A DNA stretch of 64,000 nucleotides from Lama guanicoe (lineage: Eukaryota), in the NCBI GenBank assembly GCA_013239625.1, contig MU053431.1:2506485-2570484 (forward strand), given 5' to 3'. Shown here piece by piece: positions 1 to 13,000 of this stretch. The position numbers and the translations under genes were made by a program. How positions within the stretch are numbered: the first letter of the stretch is position 1; each line of letters opens with the position of its first letter. Below the pieces are notes generated by a model that did not search any database, was not told where the DNA came from, and worked only from the letters and a program-made list of their open reading frames with translations.

Positions 1-320
1 AAATTGCGGAAACCAACCATTTAAACTCAAGGAGTCTGTTTAATGCCCAGCATCCACAAGAAGCTCTCGGTCGTGTGTGTGCAGCCAAGTGTCAGAAGCC
101 TCAGGCAGCCTGTATTCAAACTAGAAGACACATGCTTCACTATCTGACTTCCTATATGAGTAATAAGTGTCCTTACTCACCAGTGAAACAGACCCGCTAA
201 GAGTTCGGAAGAATACCGAAAAGGGGAAAATGCAAGCTCCGTTTTGGAGAAGCAAGAACTGCCTCCCAAGGCTTGCATTTCTCAGATAATCTCCACCTGT
301 ATGGAAAGTTCTAAAACGGT

Positions 321-450
321 GGGGGGAGGGCACAGACGCAGTTCAGTGGCGGCACGTGCGCTTATCTTGGCCGCAGCCCTGTTTCAGTTACCCGCACCGC
401 CATTAAATATAAATAAATAAGCACAATCACCTCCCTCTCCCCCCAAAAAT
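321..450 (+). mobile_element. Diverged tRNA-derived SINE (camelid Vic-1-like)
   Basis: GGGGAGGG head, CAGTTCAGTGG A-box remnant, (TAAA)n...ATCACCTCCC...AAAA tail matching the other copies. Confidence 0.65.
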
Positions 451-1169
451 GAACCAATGATAATCCAAGATTAGTGGAAATGTTAAAGTTACACATAATT
501 CATCCAAGCCCAGGGAAGCCCTAGGAGAATAATAGTCCACAATCTCCCTGCATCAGTAAGAGGGTGAGAGGGTCGCGGGGTCCTGCCCGTCTGACCAGCG
601 GGAGAGCGGCAGGCTGCCCAGTGCTTTTCGGCAGCTGAGCCTTTCGCATCTTAATGGCCTGACAAGGAAGACTAAAGCACGTGCACCACGGTTCTTCTTT
701 GAGAAGATGGCAGAGCATCTGCCCTGCCCTGGTGGAGGTGCCGCCTGACGGAGACGCACCTGGCTGGGGGACCCACGCCTGGGCACCGTCATCTCTGAGC
801 TGCCTGCACTGCCGTGCAGATCACAGGGCACCTTCATGCACTCACAAGTCCCGTGGACACCCCGTGGGTAAGGGACCCTCAGGGAGCAGCCTGCGATCCT
901 GAAGAGACTCAGGTGCCACGTCGCCGTAAGGCGAGGAGCTGAGGCCGGGCCCCCTCAACCCTGGGGCACAAGGCGCACAGTTCTGCAGGGTCACCCGGGG
1001 GGAGGGCGGGCTCTGCTGTCCCCCTAAAGAAGCCACACTTAGAGCACGGAACTGCTTGGCAAACCTCCTCTCTGCGGGGTGGCGTGCCCCGAGGACCCCC
1101 CTCGTCCACCACCTCCCACCTGGATGGCAGACACTGAGCAGGCGGCCTGGCTGTGTCCTCAAAAGTTGA

Positions 1170-1690
1170 ACAAACCCACATGACCCAACCATTCCAACGT
1201 GCCCTGCCTGGGAGGTGAAAACACGGGTCCACCTGAGGACTCACACGGTCACAGCAGCTTCAGTCACCACAGTCAAAATTTGGAAACGACCAAATGTGCG
1301 TCAGCAGGTGAGCAGACAAACAAAGGAGAATCATCCCAAAGGTGGGTCGGGCTCGCGGGGACCCGGTGCCTCCTCGCCCCCCTGCGCCGCGCTCTGCGGG
1401 CCTAAACATCCTTACCACGCAGACACGCAGACACGGGTGAGTCCCAAAATAACCCCTCGGCGGGAACGCAGAGACAAAGGGACAGGGTATGAGTCCCTCC
1501 TTATGAAACATTAGAAAATGCCAAGTGCTCAACAGGGACGGGGCAGAGGCAGGCCAGTGGGCGGCCTGGGGACAGCGAGGGGTGGGTCCCCAGGGCTCAG
1601 GGAGTCCCCGGGCAGGGACACGTTTCACAGGTGTGTGCAAACCCGTCGAATTACACCCTCCCAATGGGGGCGGCTGTTGTGGGTAAATCA
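1170..1690 (+). mobile_element. Ancient L1M fragment
   Basis: CAAAATTTGGAAACGACCAAATGT..CAGCAGGTGA and other degenerate L1 3' motifs. Confidence 0.5.
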
Positions 1691-1768
1691 CATCCAATGA
1701 CGCGGGTCAGAACTTGAATTTGCAGGAATATTCTTGTTGACCATAGACCTGTGTGCGCTTGCTGCCAT

Positions 1769-2145
1769 TTGCTGTGGATTGAACCTTGTCCCCAAAACTC
1801 ACTTGCTGGAGTCAGTCCCCAGGACTTCAGCATGTAACGTTATTTGGAAACCAGGTCCATACAGACGTCATTAGCTAAGATGAGGTCATTAGGGTGGGCC
1901 CTAATCCAAAGTGACTGGTGTCCTTCTAAGAAGGGGATACTGGGACACAAACACTTCGCAGGGGGGCGGCCGTGTGAAGACGGAGTGATGCAGCCACAGC
2001 CAAGCAAGCAGCAGAGCTGGAGAGGCATCTGGGACAGACCCTTCCTGCCAAGGGGCCCTCCATCTCGGACTCCTGGCCCCCAGGGCTAGGGGGCGTCTCT
2101 GCTGTTTAAGACGTCAGCCCGGGGTTCTGTCAGGCAGCCCAGGGC
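1769..2145 (+). mobile_element. MaLR solo LTR (MLT1-like)
   Basis: Diagnostic AGATGAGGTCATTAGGGTGGGCCCTAATCCAA..GACTGGTGTCCTT.TAAGAAG. Confidence 0.88.
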
Positions 2146-4739
2146 GTTCACAACATTCTGCTCCACCACGGAAAGCCCCGAGCCAGCGGGGTAGTTCACA
2201 GAACTCCCCTCCTCTGCCTGACCCCATGTGTCCCACAGGCAGAGCCCAGGCAGCCCTGAGGGCCCTCACCGCGGGGACACTGGTTCGCATGCTCCAAGGT
2301 TTACTATCTTCTGAGAAAACGAAGGTTATGACGCCAATTATGCAAGATCATGATATAAACCACACTTCATAGTCGTTATTTTATCACTGTTCATGGTTGC
2401 ATTTTAAGATTTAAAGACGAGCCCCTGACTGGAAAGAAACACTCCGCACTTGTTAACAGAAGGCATCCTCAGATGCCAGACAGAATGGAACGGGCACTGC
2501 CCGAGGTTTCTGGCTGACCACAACTGACGCCTCGGATGCCGGAGACCAGCCCGACCTCTGAATGCAAACCTGGGGCGCCACAGCTCTCCCAGGGCCACCT
2601 GCCGGCCCCCTCCACAGCCCCCTCCCTGACGCCCCACCACAGCTCCCTCCTCCACCCCTCCCCGGGCCCCTCCCTACCCCCACCCCCGTGACCCTCCCTC
2701 TTCCCTGCTGCTGCTTCTTTCAGTTCCTTCACCTCCATTGGGCCTGGAGCACCCCCACCTCCTACCCCAGCCTTTCCTACCTGTGTAAATGTCACTTCCT
2801 CTCTTGGGCACACCCCCCTGACCACATAGAGCCAGACATGTGCTGTGACCTCAGGGCCCCCCTTCCAAGACGGTCAGGGCACTGTCCCCTCCCTGCCAGC
2901 CTGCCTCACGTCCCTTGGCTCTCACAGCAGAATTCCAAGCCTTAACCCTTACCCGTTAGCCCCAGTCAGTTCACCTATGGCCCCGATGTGTGAGCAGGAG
3001 CCTAGAACTGTGCTGCGCACTAGGCCCAGGTCAAAGGGCCCCATTCCATCGCCAGACAGGGCTCCCAGGAGGCCAGAGCCAGAGCCCCACAGGGTGTGCT
3101 GAGGGCCTCAGAGAGGGGCTGGGGTGGGGGCACCTTCCCAGAGCAGGGGACGAGCCAGTCAGGCCAAGCAAATGGGGGCTTGAGGGCCAGGAGAGGGCCC
3201 TAGGAGGGAGCAGCACGCATTCAGAAGGCAGCACTGGCTTCCAAACAAGGCCTCCTGGAGCCACCATCTCCGGGTTCAGGGCCCTGGGTAGCCCCCTCCC
3301 AAGCTGACCCTGGCCTGGGGTGGAGCAAGTCCTAGCCTGAGTGTCAAGGGGGCTGGAGAGAGTTCACCCCTGCACTCCAGGTTTGTGCTGGTGCAGACAC
3401 AGCACAGCCACCCCAGTGAGCCAACTGAGCCTGGACCCCTCAGGGTGCCAGCCACTGGGCCGCCTGCCCTGGCTGGCCCTTCCCGACATCACACAGACAG
3501 AGGAACCACGAGCACCTCAGCCACAGCATCTCGGGGGGTGAGGAACCCCTGTGTTTCAGGATGGTTCAATGCAAAGCAACGGCCACAACGCAGACCAGAG
3601 ATGGCATAGCACCTTGGGGGTCTGGTGGGAGAGAGAATGGAACAAGGAGATGGGGCCAGGCCAGCCAGAGACCCCCAGCCAGCCAAGGGCAGGGCCAGTC
3701 CAGGCCTCAGGGCCAAGATGGGGAACCCAGAGGCCAGCACTTCGAAGGGAGATGCAGACTCTCAGGGGACAGCAGCCCCCCAGCAGGGGTCCCAAGCACC
3801 CTGATTCAGGTTCTGGCACAGGGAGAGTGACTGGGGCCCTGGGGACAAGTGTGGGGACAGGGAGGGAACAGAAGAGGAACAGGCAGGGTCAGGAAGGCCT
3901 CCGATGAAGACTAAGTCAGAGCCAGCCAGGGGGGCCAGGTACGTCCCTCTGCCGGTTGGAAGCTGGTCTGGGGAACTTGCATTTTGGGGTTGGGGCGAGA
4001 AAGGGGAAGAGGTCTCCTCTTTACGCCTGTGCTCCCAGGCACCTCCCACTAGACTCCAGTCTCATTCTGGACCTTTCTTCCCTAAACCACACTTGATCGT
4101 AATGAGCAGCTAAACTCCTCTCAGCTCACTCAGGCTGTGTGCCGGGCCCCCGGCCATACAAATCCGCTTGTTTTAACAGGTGGATCTACAAAGGCAAATC
4201 CTGCCGTGACACAGAGGGATGCAACCCCACCACCACCACCGCAACTTAGCTACTGACACTTCCTCCTCCTTCAGGAAGCCTCCAAGGGCTCCTCCCCTGA
4301 CGGCACACATGGGGCCTCTGTCACCTGATGCTGCCACACTGTCCCTCCAAGTCCGGGAGCCTCTCAGCAGAAGGCCCACATCCCAGCGCTGATCAAGCTC
4401 AGTGCACACCCTTGGGGTCAACAAAGCCACAGGACCTTTTTACATGGAAACTGGGATTTTGAAATCTTACATTTTAAAATAAATATGGCTTAAATGTCCC
4501 ATCTTAACCGTTGGTAGAAGTGGAGCGAGATGGCAACTTCCTGGTCCTGGCTGGGGCTGAAGGTGGGCAGTGAGGCTGTGCCATTGACCAGCCACACACC
4601 CCATGACAGCCCAGTGCCACGTGCTCTGGGTCTCATAGTTCAGAGCGGACGCCACACGTGTGGCTGACGTGTGGGCTCTGAAGCTCTGGGTCAGTCACAG
4701 CTCACAGCAAGGTTGGGGGATGGGCACTGGGTTACCAGC

Positions 4740-5059
4740 TGTCGTGGGGTGAACCGTGTCCCCAGAAGACAGTGCCTGTGAATGTCAACTTGTTTGGAAA
4801 TAGGGTCTTTGCAGATTTTACCAAGTTCAGATGTGGCCATAACGCAGTGGGACTGGGGATGTGGCCACCAGCCCAGGGACGCCCTCAGCCACAGAGCTGA
4901 AGAGGCAGGAAGGACCCTCCCCTGGAGCCCGAGGAGGGAGCTCGGCCCTGCGACATCGCGACTGTATGTCTGGCCTCTGAACTGAAAAGGAACACGTCTC
5001 TGTTGTGTTAGCTACCAGTTTGTGGCACTTTGTGACAAAAGCCCGAGAAAAAGCCACAC
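4740..5059 (+). mobile_element. MaLR solo LTR (MLT1-like, internally deleted)
   Basis: TTTGGAAATAGGGTCTTTGCAGAT and CCAGTTTGTGGCACTTTGT; TG...CA ends. Confidence 0.85.
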
Positions 5060-5853
5060 ATCAATGTAAATTTTTTTTTTTAGTTTTCTTAAAAAGAAAG
5101 CTGACGAGGCTTAACAAGGCAGAAGACTATTTCCTAGGATTTTAAGTCTGACACGCGCTGTAACTTGAAGCGTCACCTCTAACACTCGTGCTCTCCGCCA
5201 CCAAGAGAAACAGTCTGCGTGGGAAGTAAGTGGGAGCAAGGCCTGCTCTCCAGCAGCGCGACGGTCGCTGCTTGTCTTTCTGCCTTTTTACTTTGAAACA
5301 CTTTCCAGCCTCAGGAAAAGTTACAGTAGTAATTCAGAGAACTCTCATCTACTCCTTAAACCAGATCCGTGATTTTTTAACACTTTGCAACATTCTTTTA
5401 CATCCAGTAACTACTGGAATCAGTCTCCGTGAAAACAAGAGAAGGCACCCACTTCAGATGCTGCCTGAGAACCGCTGGTGATGCGGAACCTGGGCCTGGA
5501 CCCCATGCGGCGGCAGAAACACGTGTCCATCACCTCTTAGGCTGGCGGCAGGCAGGGAGCACCACGGACGGACGACGGACGCAGGGGCCTGCGCTAGTGT
5601 TTGCCCGGCACAGCAGAGTCTCAGCCAGCCAGTCGGACGTCTCCAAGGCCCCGCTCTCATTTCTGCAAAGGCCTTTCAGACGGTGAACACTCGTTAGATG
5701 CCGAGTAAGTGAGGGCTGGTGGCCGGCTGCTGAGAGAATGAAGAGAGCTGTCCGAGCAGGAGGCAGACAGGGCGGCTCCTCTGACACAGGCGAGTCCAGC
5801 CTCCACCACTCGGCAACCCCCTGCCTCGGGATCATCCAGTCCTGGGCTTCCCC

Positions 5854-5880
5854 GTGGCATCGGTGGCATCGGTGGCATCA
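5854..5880. repeat. 9-bp tandem repeat (GTGGCATCG) x3
   Basis: Direct reading. Confidence 0.9.
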
Positions 5881-7644
5881 ACGACACGGCAGTCCCAGGA
5901 CCGACCAGGCTTCAGCAGTGAACAGGCCACACTGCCCCGACACCCCAACAGGGGCCAGCGGGCCCCTGACTGAGGGGCCGATGCAGCACCAGCTGGGGGC
6001 ACAGGCCAGCCCAAGGGGCCCGAGACAGGGGCGGAGGATGGACACAGGAGACCAAGGTGGGGCAGACCTGGCCAGGGGCCCCGGCATGGGGGTCACGTGG
6101 ACCGCTCGGAATCAGCTGGGTGCTAGCTCAGCGGGTGCTGTAGGTCCCAGGGGACAGGGTCCTAAGGGGAGAATCCCGGGGAGGGGGCCCTGAGGGAGGG
6201 TCCTGGGGGAGAGGCTTGGGGGAGGGCTTCTGGGGCAGAGGCCTTGAAGAAGGGGCCCGGGGGGAGTCCTGGGAGGCCAGGCTCGGGGCACCCTGCCCCA
6301 CTCCCACGTCTGCCTGGGGAAGCCCCTTCTGCCAGGTGCGGGCTGGGACAGCCCCCAGGTGCTGTAAGAAATGAAAGGACAGACCTGGGAGCTGCCACTG
6401 ACTTGGGGACTTGTGGGGAGATGTACCAGGGAGGGCTGGGGGGCACACAGGGGCTCCCCAAACCTGCCCTATTGACAAGTGTCCACGGCCCACGGGGAGG
6501 GCCCCCCGACCCAGACCCCTCCTGAGGCTTCACCGTCCCTGGCACAGAATGGGGCGGCACAGTGCTGAGGGGTGGGCACCTCTGTGTGAGGACAAAGCCC
6601 TGCAGGGTCTTGGCCAGGAAGCGAGCATCCTTCTGGAGCACATCTTGTGTGCTTGAGTCACAGGGGTGCTCCAGCTTTACTCCAGTTCTGCTCTGGGGCC
6701 CCTACCCCAAGGAGACAACCCCGACACACTGAGGATAAACAAGCCCCAACTCAGAGGAGCAGCAGTGCCGCTGACATGGGCACCGGGATGTTTATGAGAA
6801 AGAAGGGGGAAATCAGAGCAGAGAGCAGGACCGAGCGTGTGCTCAGACCCCTTCCCCTCCCAGCAAGCCCCTCACTCACAAAACTCACAGGTGAGAGGCG
6901 TGTCCACCACACGCTTGCACGGGGCAGGAGGACACCAGGGAACTAGCACCCAGGAGGCAGAATCCAGCATCACACGAGAGACCCCACACTTCCTCTCCTT
7001 CTGGGCCCCTAACGCAGGTGGTAGGGATCACACGGTGTCTGTGCTTGACCTTCACCAACTTGAAAAGGATGTTTCAACTGAAAGGATGGCAGATCGTCCA
7101 CCCCCTCAGGCCCCAGACCCCACATGGACGCTGGCTGCGTGGATGTGAACACAGTCTCACGCGGAAAACCTCAGGCTGTCCTGAGGCCGGGTACCCCCCC
7201 CGGGGGCACAGGCAGCTCCTTCCTGCCCCCTCCCCTGCCCTGGGCCCACCAGCACCGAGGCTCTGGCTCTGACTTCTAACGAGAAAAAGGACAGTCCCCG
7301 TGGGCCCGGGGCACAAGCAGCACTCTCTCCACAGGTGTTTCCCGGGGCCCTGGAGGAAGGCGTGGTGCGCGGGGGAGGGGACGGCCAAGTTGTGCCACCT
7401 AGCAGGTTCCCTTAAATATGGTGACGTCGTTGACTGGTGTCCAGGAAAGCCGGCAGCAGCTCCCCGTCCCACCGTGACCTCCGGCTCTGCCAGAGCCCGT
7501 CTTTTCCTCGAGGGACGGGGAAATTCTAGGATCAAACCCTACGTCACTCAGCCATGCATATATTTCATCAGCTGCCACTGGCACAGCGGCGGCCAGCTCA
7601 GCGTCTCAGCCCGAGTGTCGGCTGTGCGTGAAAATGACTTATGT

Positions 7645-7783
7645 GGGGGGTGACAGTTCAGGGGCGGAGCACACGCCTCGTGTGCCCGAGGTCCTTGGAT
7701 CAGTCCCCGTTGCCTCAACTAAAAATAGGTAAATAAATAAATAAGCCTAATCTCCCCCCCAAAAAATAAAAACTTAAAAAAAA
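7645..7783 (+). mobile_element. tRNA-derived SINE (Vic-1-like) with imperfect target-site duplication
   Basis: A/B-box remnants, TAAA tail; flanks AAAATGACTTATGTGGGGG / AAAAGGACTTATCTGGGGG. Confidence 0.8.
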
Positions 7784-9625
7784 GGACTTATCTGGGGGAA
7801 AAAAATCTAAGGTAAGTTAGTTCACATTAAAATATTTAAAATATTTAAATATTTATTGCAAAAAAGTTACTTTAAAACGACTTAAAATTATGTTAAAAAA
7901 GATGTTCTTCCACTTTATTAACGGATGGCAAACCTAAAATTTTTAAATAAAACTTACACAGGTGATAATTATTTTCTAAACTCCACGTACGTCTCCTTAA
8001 CAAAAGGTGCACATACCTGTACGAGCAGGCGCCAAACAGAAAACCATCAGAAATCCCGAAGCAGACGCCACCGCCACACTTTGGGTGCTGAGCACAGGGC
8101 ACTCGGGTCCCCGAGACACGGAAGGAGCCACGCCCACCCTCACCTGGCCCTCCCAGCCCCTCGCAGGAGGACAGGCCAGGGCTGCTTCTGGGCCCTGGAC
8201 GCCACCAGGCAGACCAGCACGTGGGACCAGCAGCTCCGACTCTTCAACACAGCACAGAACTGAGTGAAGGGAGATTTCAGAGGCGTCTGCGGACTCAACC
8301 AGATCCAACTCAAGGCAGCCAGCAGTAAAGACACGGGCAGTCTCCCACCCCAAGTCCACACCGGGGACCCTACGGAGGGTCACGGCTGCGTGTCGGCCAT
8401 GCCAGTGAAGCCGAGGAGGGCGAGACGGAGTGTCTGTGATCTGCTTTAAAATCGTCCAGAGGGAAAAACAGGAGACGCGTGAACGGGAAGAGAGCCGCTG
8501 GGGGTGACTGCTGCTGGTGAAGGAAACACCCTCCCAATTCTGGGTCTGCCCGAAAACTTCCAAAGTAAGATCCGAAAATACAAGCAGGTCACCAAAGAAC
8601 AACACGCCTTTCACAGACTGGGGAGCACGTGCAACTGAGCGAGGCAGGGGCTGGAGGAGGCATCTGGTCCCGCAGCCCTCGCCTCCCGGGCTGTGCGGGC
8701 CCGCGGCAGGGGGAGGCACAGCCCTACGGTCTGCAGAGGGCCCGCCTCCTCCCACACATCAGGCAACAGCTGTTGTTTGCGGGCTGACCTCGGGGTGATC
8801 GGAGTGACAGCAGCAACCCTGGCCTCCCGAGGGTGCGGGCCCTGGGGCCATCAGATGAACAGCATCTCTCCTGGCAACCCCGGGACCCACGGGGAGGGAC
8901 CACACCTGTGACTGCGGACGACACGCTGGGGACCGCAGCCACACCCATACCCCCAGCCCCGCAGGGACCAAGGACCCCCCGCAGCCATCACGGCCTCAGA
9001 CTCGGACTTTCAGACCAGCTGCTTCAGGACACTATCTGGTGTGAGGGGAAGTTCCCCGTGTCGCTGTAGTGTGAGAGCTCTAAATGGGAAGACTGCGTCT
9101 CAACAGTTGATACCCTTCGTGTTCCTGTGTGTCCTGGCGTTAAAAACGCCACCCTGAAAAGGGGCCTCGGGTCTCACCAGCTGCCTGAGGGGGAGGAGGG
9201 TCCAGGTCCGACGGGGGTGGGGCAGGTGGGCACACGTGCACACAGCAGTGCAGGGGGCAGGAACCACTCGCCCACAGCCCCTGGGCCCCTGGGGCTCAGC
9301 CCCCCTCCCCACCACGCCTCCCTCCAGGCCCCCCGTGTCCCCCTCCTGGGCAGGGGCTAACTTCTGTCTGTGCTCCGTCGCTTCCCCTCTGGGGACATGT
9401 GACCCAGCAGAGCAGGACCTCGTGGGCTGCCGTGTCCCCAGGCCGAGACCCCTGCTTCCCGCAGGTCTGCCGGGTGCTTGCTGATACGGCGGTCACCGGC
9501 CACATCTGCTATGCCATCCAGGGAAAGGCGGGCGTGAGGCGACAGGTGATGGATGGAGAGCCTCAGTAAATGCTGGCACTGAGAAATAAAGGTGGAAACG
9601 TGTCCAGCAAACCCCAGCTCTAACG

Positions 9626-10040
9626 GTGCTGTGGGTGAAACCACGCTCCCACTCCCCCAGAAGGTATGACCAAGTCCTCCCTACGGGTGCCTGGGAACGT
9701 GACCTCATCCGGAAATGGGGTCTTTGCGCAGGTGATCAAGTTAAAATAGAGTCGCTCTGGTAGACCTGATTCAGTATGACCGGTGTCCTTATAAGAAGAG
9801 GGGAACCTGGACACCAGGGGCCAGGCCGTGGGAACGGACAGGAGACTGAGGGATGTCTCGGCCAGCAGCACCCAGGATGGCCAGCAGCTCAGAAACTGGA
9901 AGAGGCAGGAGAGGTCCTCCCGGAGCCTCCGGGCGGGTGGCCCACACCTTGAGCAGGCCTTCCGGCCTCCAGAATAAATCCCTGTTGTTTTACGGGGGCA
10001 GGTTTGTCGTACTTCGTTATGACAGCCCCGGGAACCTTTT
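9626..10040 (+). mobile_element. MaLR solo LTR (MLT1-like)
   Basis: GGAAATGGGGTCTTTGC..GTGATCAAGTTAA, ATGACCGGTGTCCTTATAAGAAGAGG. Confidence 0.85.
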
Positions 10041-13000
10041 AAAACAGCAACCTAAGTCACAGTGACTGCAGGAAGGGCCCCAGATCTGCGTGGTCCTGTG
10101 CACCAGGCCCACCCTCGTCCGACTCAGGAGTGTGGGCGAGGCTGGAAGATGCATCTTTATGAAGCTCTCAAGGGCTTCCGAGATGAGCGCCACTGACGCG
10201 GTCCACCCGCCACCCAAGAGGCACGTGGCGAAGCCGCTCGTGTCCGGACCCTGGAAGGGCTTCACAGCACGTGGCTCCACCTCGCCTCCGCACCTGGGCC
10301 AGGGCGCGCATCCCCACCCGCCGCGGGCTACTCAGGGGAACGTGGGAGTGCACGTCCTGTGCCAGCAAAAGAGGTGAAGCCGGGCACCCGGGTGGCTCTG
10401 CAGGGAAGCATGGACCTGGCACGCCCACTTGCCGCAGCTGCACCCTGGGCGGCTTCCGGACGACGGATGGACAAACCAGTGTCTGTCCTAACAGCTACAC
10501 GTCCGTCTCAGTGTCTACCAAGAAAACTACACCCACGGCACCAAACTCATGATTTCTCGACTATTCTTGCTTCTCAAGACCAAGCAAAAGAAATTTACGA
10601 GTGAGGTCGGTGGGATCCCCAGTGTCCAATCTGGGCAGAGCTCAGGGAAGCTGAAGAGACGGTGCCCGCCCTGCTGGCTTCTCCAGGCACCACGCGTCTG
10701 CCGACCTCAGAGGAAGACACCTCGTGTTTGAACCACCTCCCGACCCTCTGCTGGAGAGGATTTGCCAGACGCGGTGAAGGCGCATCTCCTGGGCTGACCT
10801 TCCCGATCTGCTTCTCCCTGGAAGTACTCCCGGCTCAGCGCATCCTGAGCTCCCAGCTGGTCGCACAGGAACCACCGTCACTGCGGTACTGCCGCTGTCG
10901 GAAACGTCTAGCCACCTCTGCTCAGGGGTCCTGGCAGGTGGGGTTTCCACCTGGTGCAGAATGTGAAGCAGCAGGTGACTGAGAAGCCAGACCAGGGAGG
11001 AGAAGGAAGGAAGCTGCAACAGCGCCTTTCCACAGCCTACTGCTTCCCACACTGTCCAGTCCAGCTCCGTGACTGGGCGGAGAGGGACATCCAAGGACAG
11101 TGTCGTCTGGTCCCTCTTTGTTCTACCCATAACGTAAGAAAAAACAAGAAAAGTCAGCATCTCCAGTGTTAAAGGCCCCTTTCCTCAGGCCCCAGTGGGC
11201 CCATCACTGACCCCACAGAGGCCCATCACTACCCACTTCTGAAAAGTTCTTCAAAACACTCTGAGGTTGAGGAGAAGATCTTCCCACAAAATAAAAGTGA
11301 TGAAGTCCCAGTGCTCCTATACCATCATAGGCCATGGAAGACCACCACATCCTTGTGGAGCAAACATGAACTTCCTGCTCATGGAGCGACCCACGCACAA
11401 CCAGAAGCGAAAGCAAAAGTGACAGCAGGTGGCAGCGGGCGCAGGGAAACAGCACGGCCATGAACGGGACTGTTCAGAGAGCAAGGCGCGGGCTGCCCCC
11501 CAGGGGCTCTGCCTGCCTGGCGGAAGCTCGGCTCTTTCGAAGTTAATGCCCACATGGCTTTGTGTCCAGACTCCTTTGGTTTCCCTTCAGAAACTAAAAA
11601 CTAGAAATGGACACACCGTCGGGAACAGCCACCTCAAACCACGAGGATGATCTGGGAAACCTTCAGGATGTGAGGAGACCCCGGGCTCTCCCAGGATGGC
11701 AGGAACACGTTTCCTCAGCTCTCTCTCCTCCGAGAATCTTTATTCAGGGAAATAACCGCCTTCAACGTTTAGTCGGTAGTGAAATCTCATCACTAGCATT
11801 TTTAGAAGCCAGTGGATGAAGCACTGGTCTGTAGGCTCTGAAACGGGCAGCAGAGAACACGCACTCAGGCCACCAGCCAACAGAAGCCACCCTGAGGTGG
11901 TTTTCACGGGATGCGGCAGGGAACCAAAGAGCAGAGAGCTTCTGTCCCACCTCTCTGAGTCTGAGTGCCCTGAAACAACCCTAGACCCCTGCCAGGGGGG
12001 CTCCACCCTGTTTGAGGGACAGGCCCCGAATGAGAATGTGTCAAAAGCTCTGGGACCTCTCCCCAACCCTGGGGTCTGGGGCTCTCGGGCCCCAAGAGAA
12101 GAATGCAGAAAGGCCCTTGGTGCTTTAACCCCAGGAGCTCCCTGGCCAGCCAACGTAGGGCTCGGTCCCACGTGGCCCAGCAGTGTCCCCCACCTGGTCC
12201 CTGGATCTGAAGACCCACTGTAAAGTCAACGGCTGCTGTTTGGGAAGAAGCTGAGCAGCACAGATCTGAGGGCACAGACCTGACGGCACGTGGGACCTGC
12301 CCATCAGTGGGGGTGGGGCGGGAGGAGGCGGGCCGCATCCTGGGCTCCAGGCCCCAGCCCTACAGCTCTGCCCCATGAGGCCACTTGCTGCCGCCCCCGA
12401 AACAAGCATCCTGTCCCTGTGTCCCGCTTCCCGTCGTGACCTCTCCTCCTCTCGGGACCAGAGCGCGTGCACCGGCAGGCCTGCTCCACTTTCTGCTCAG
12501 AAGGGCGGATGTGGGCCACGGAGCCAGCCGCGGGGCTGGTGGGAACAGCTGGATCACGCTGGAAAAGCAAGCGGGGTTTTAAGCACAGACGGGAGGGTGC
12601 AGGTGACACAAAGCCGCCCTGTGAGAGACCAGGGGTTGGGCGTGTCTCAGGCCAGTGTGCCCACTTCCCTCCAACGGGCGCAGGAGTCTGGGCCTCAGAA
12701 CCACCTTGGGAGTCAAGTCTCTGACTCGACCTTGCCGGGAGCATAGGGGACACCGCTGGTCCGGGCACTGCAGGGCGACCTCGGCCTAGGAGCCGGGCGC
12801 CCCGTGATCCTGGGCCACTGCCTGCGCAGGCAGCTTGCTTCCCGCCTCTACGGGAACTACTGCTTCTGTCGACATTTTCTGAACTGTCTTTGAACTTCCC
12901 AAGTAAAAGGAAACTGCTGCTCAAAAGCTTCATTCCTTCGAATGGGGTGAGATGAGAAAACAAAATACACCCGTTTAAGGTGTGAACAGACCGCACCAGA

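Noticed and set aside
171-420. Alternative ZBTB46 first exon (minus donor CTG|GTGAGT at 181, TATA-like ~405)
   Set aside because: The TATA-like run is a SINE tail; a donor motif alone is insufficient
5555-5575. REST/RE1-like site AGCACCACGGAC
   Set aside because: Lacks the 5' TTC and the GGACAG right half
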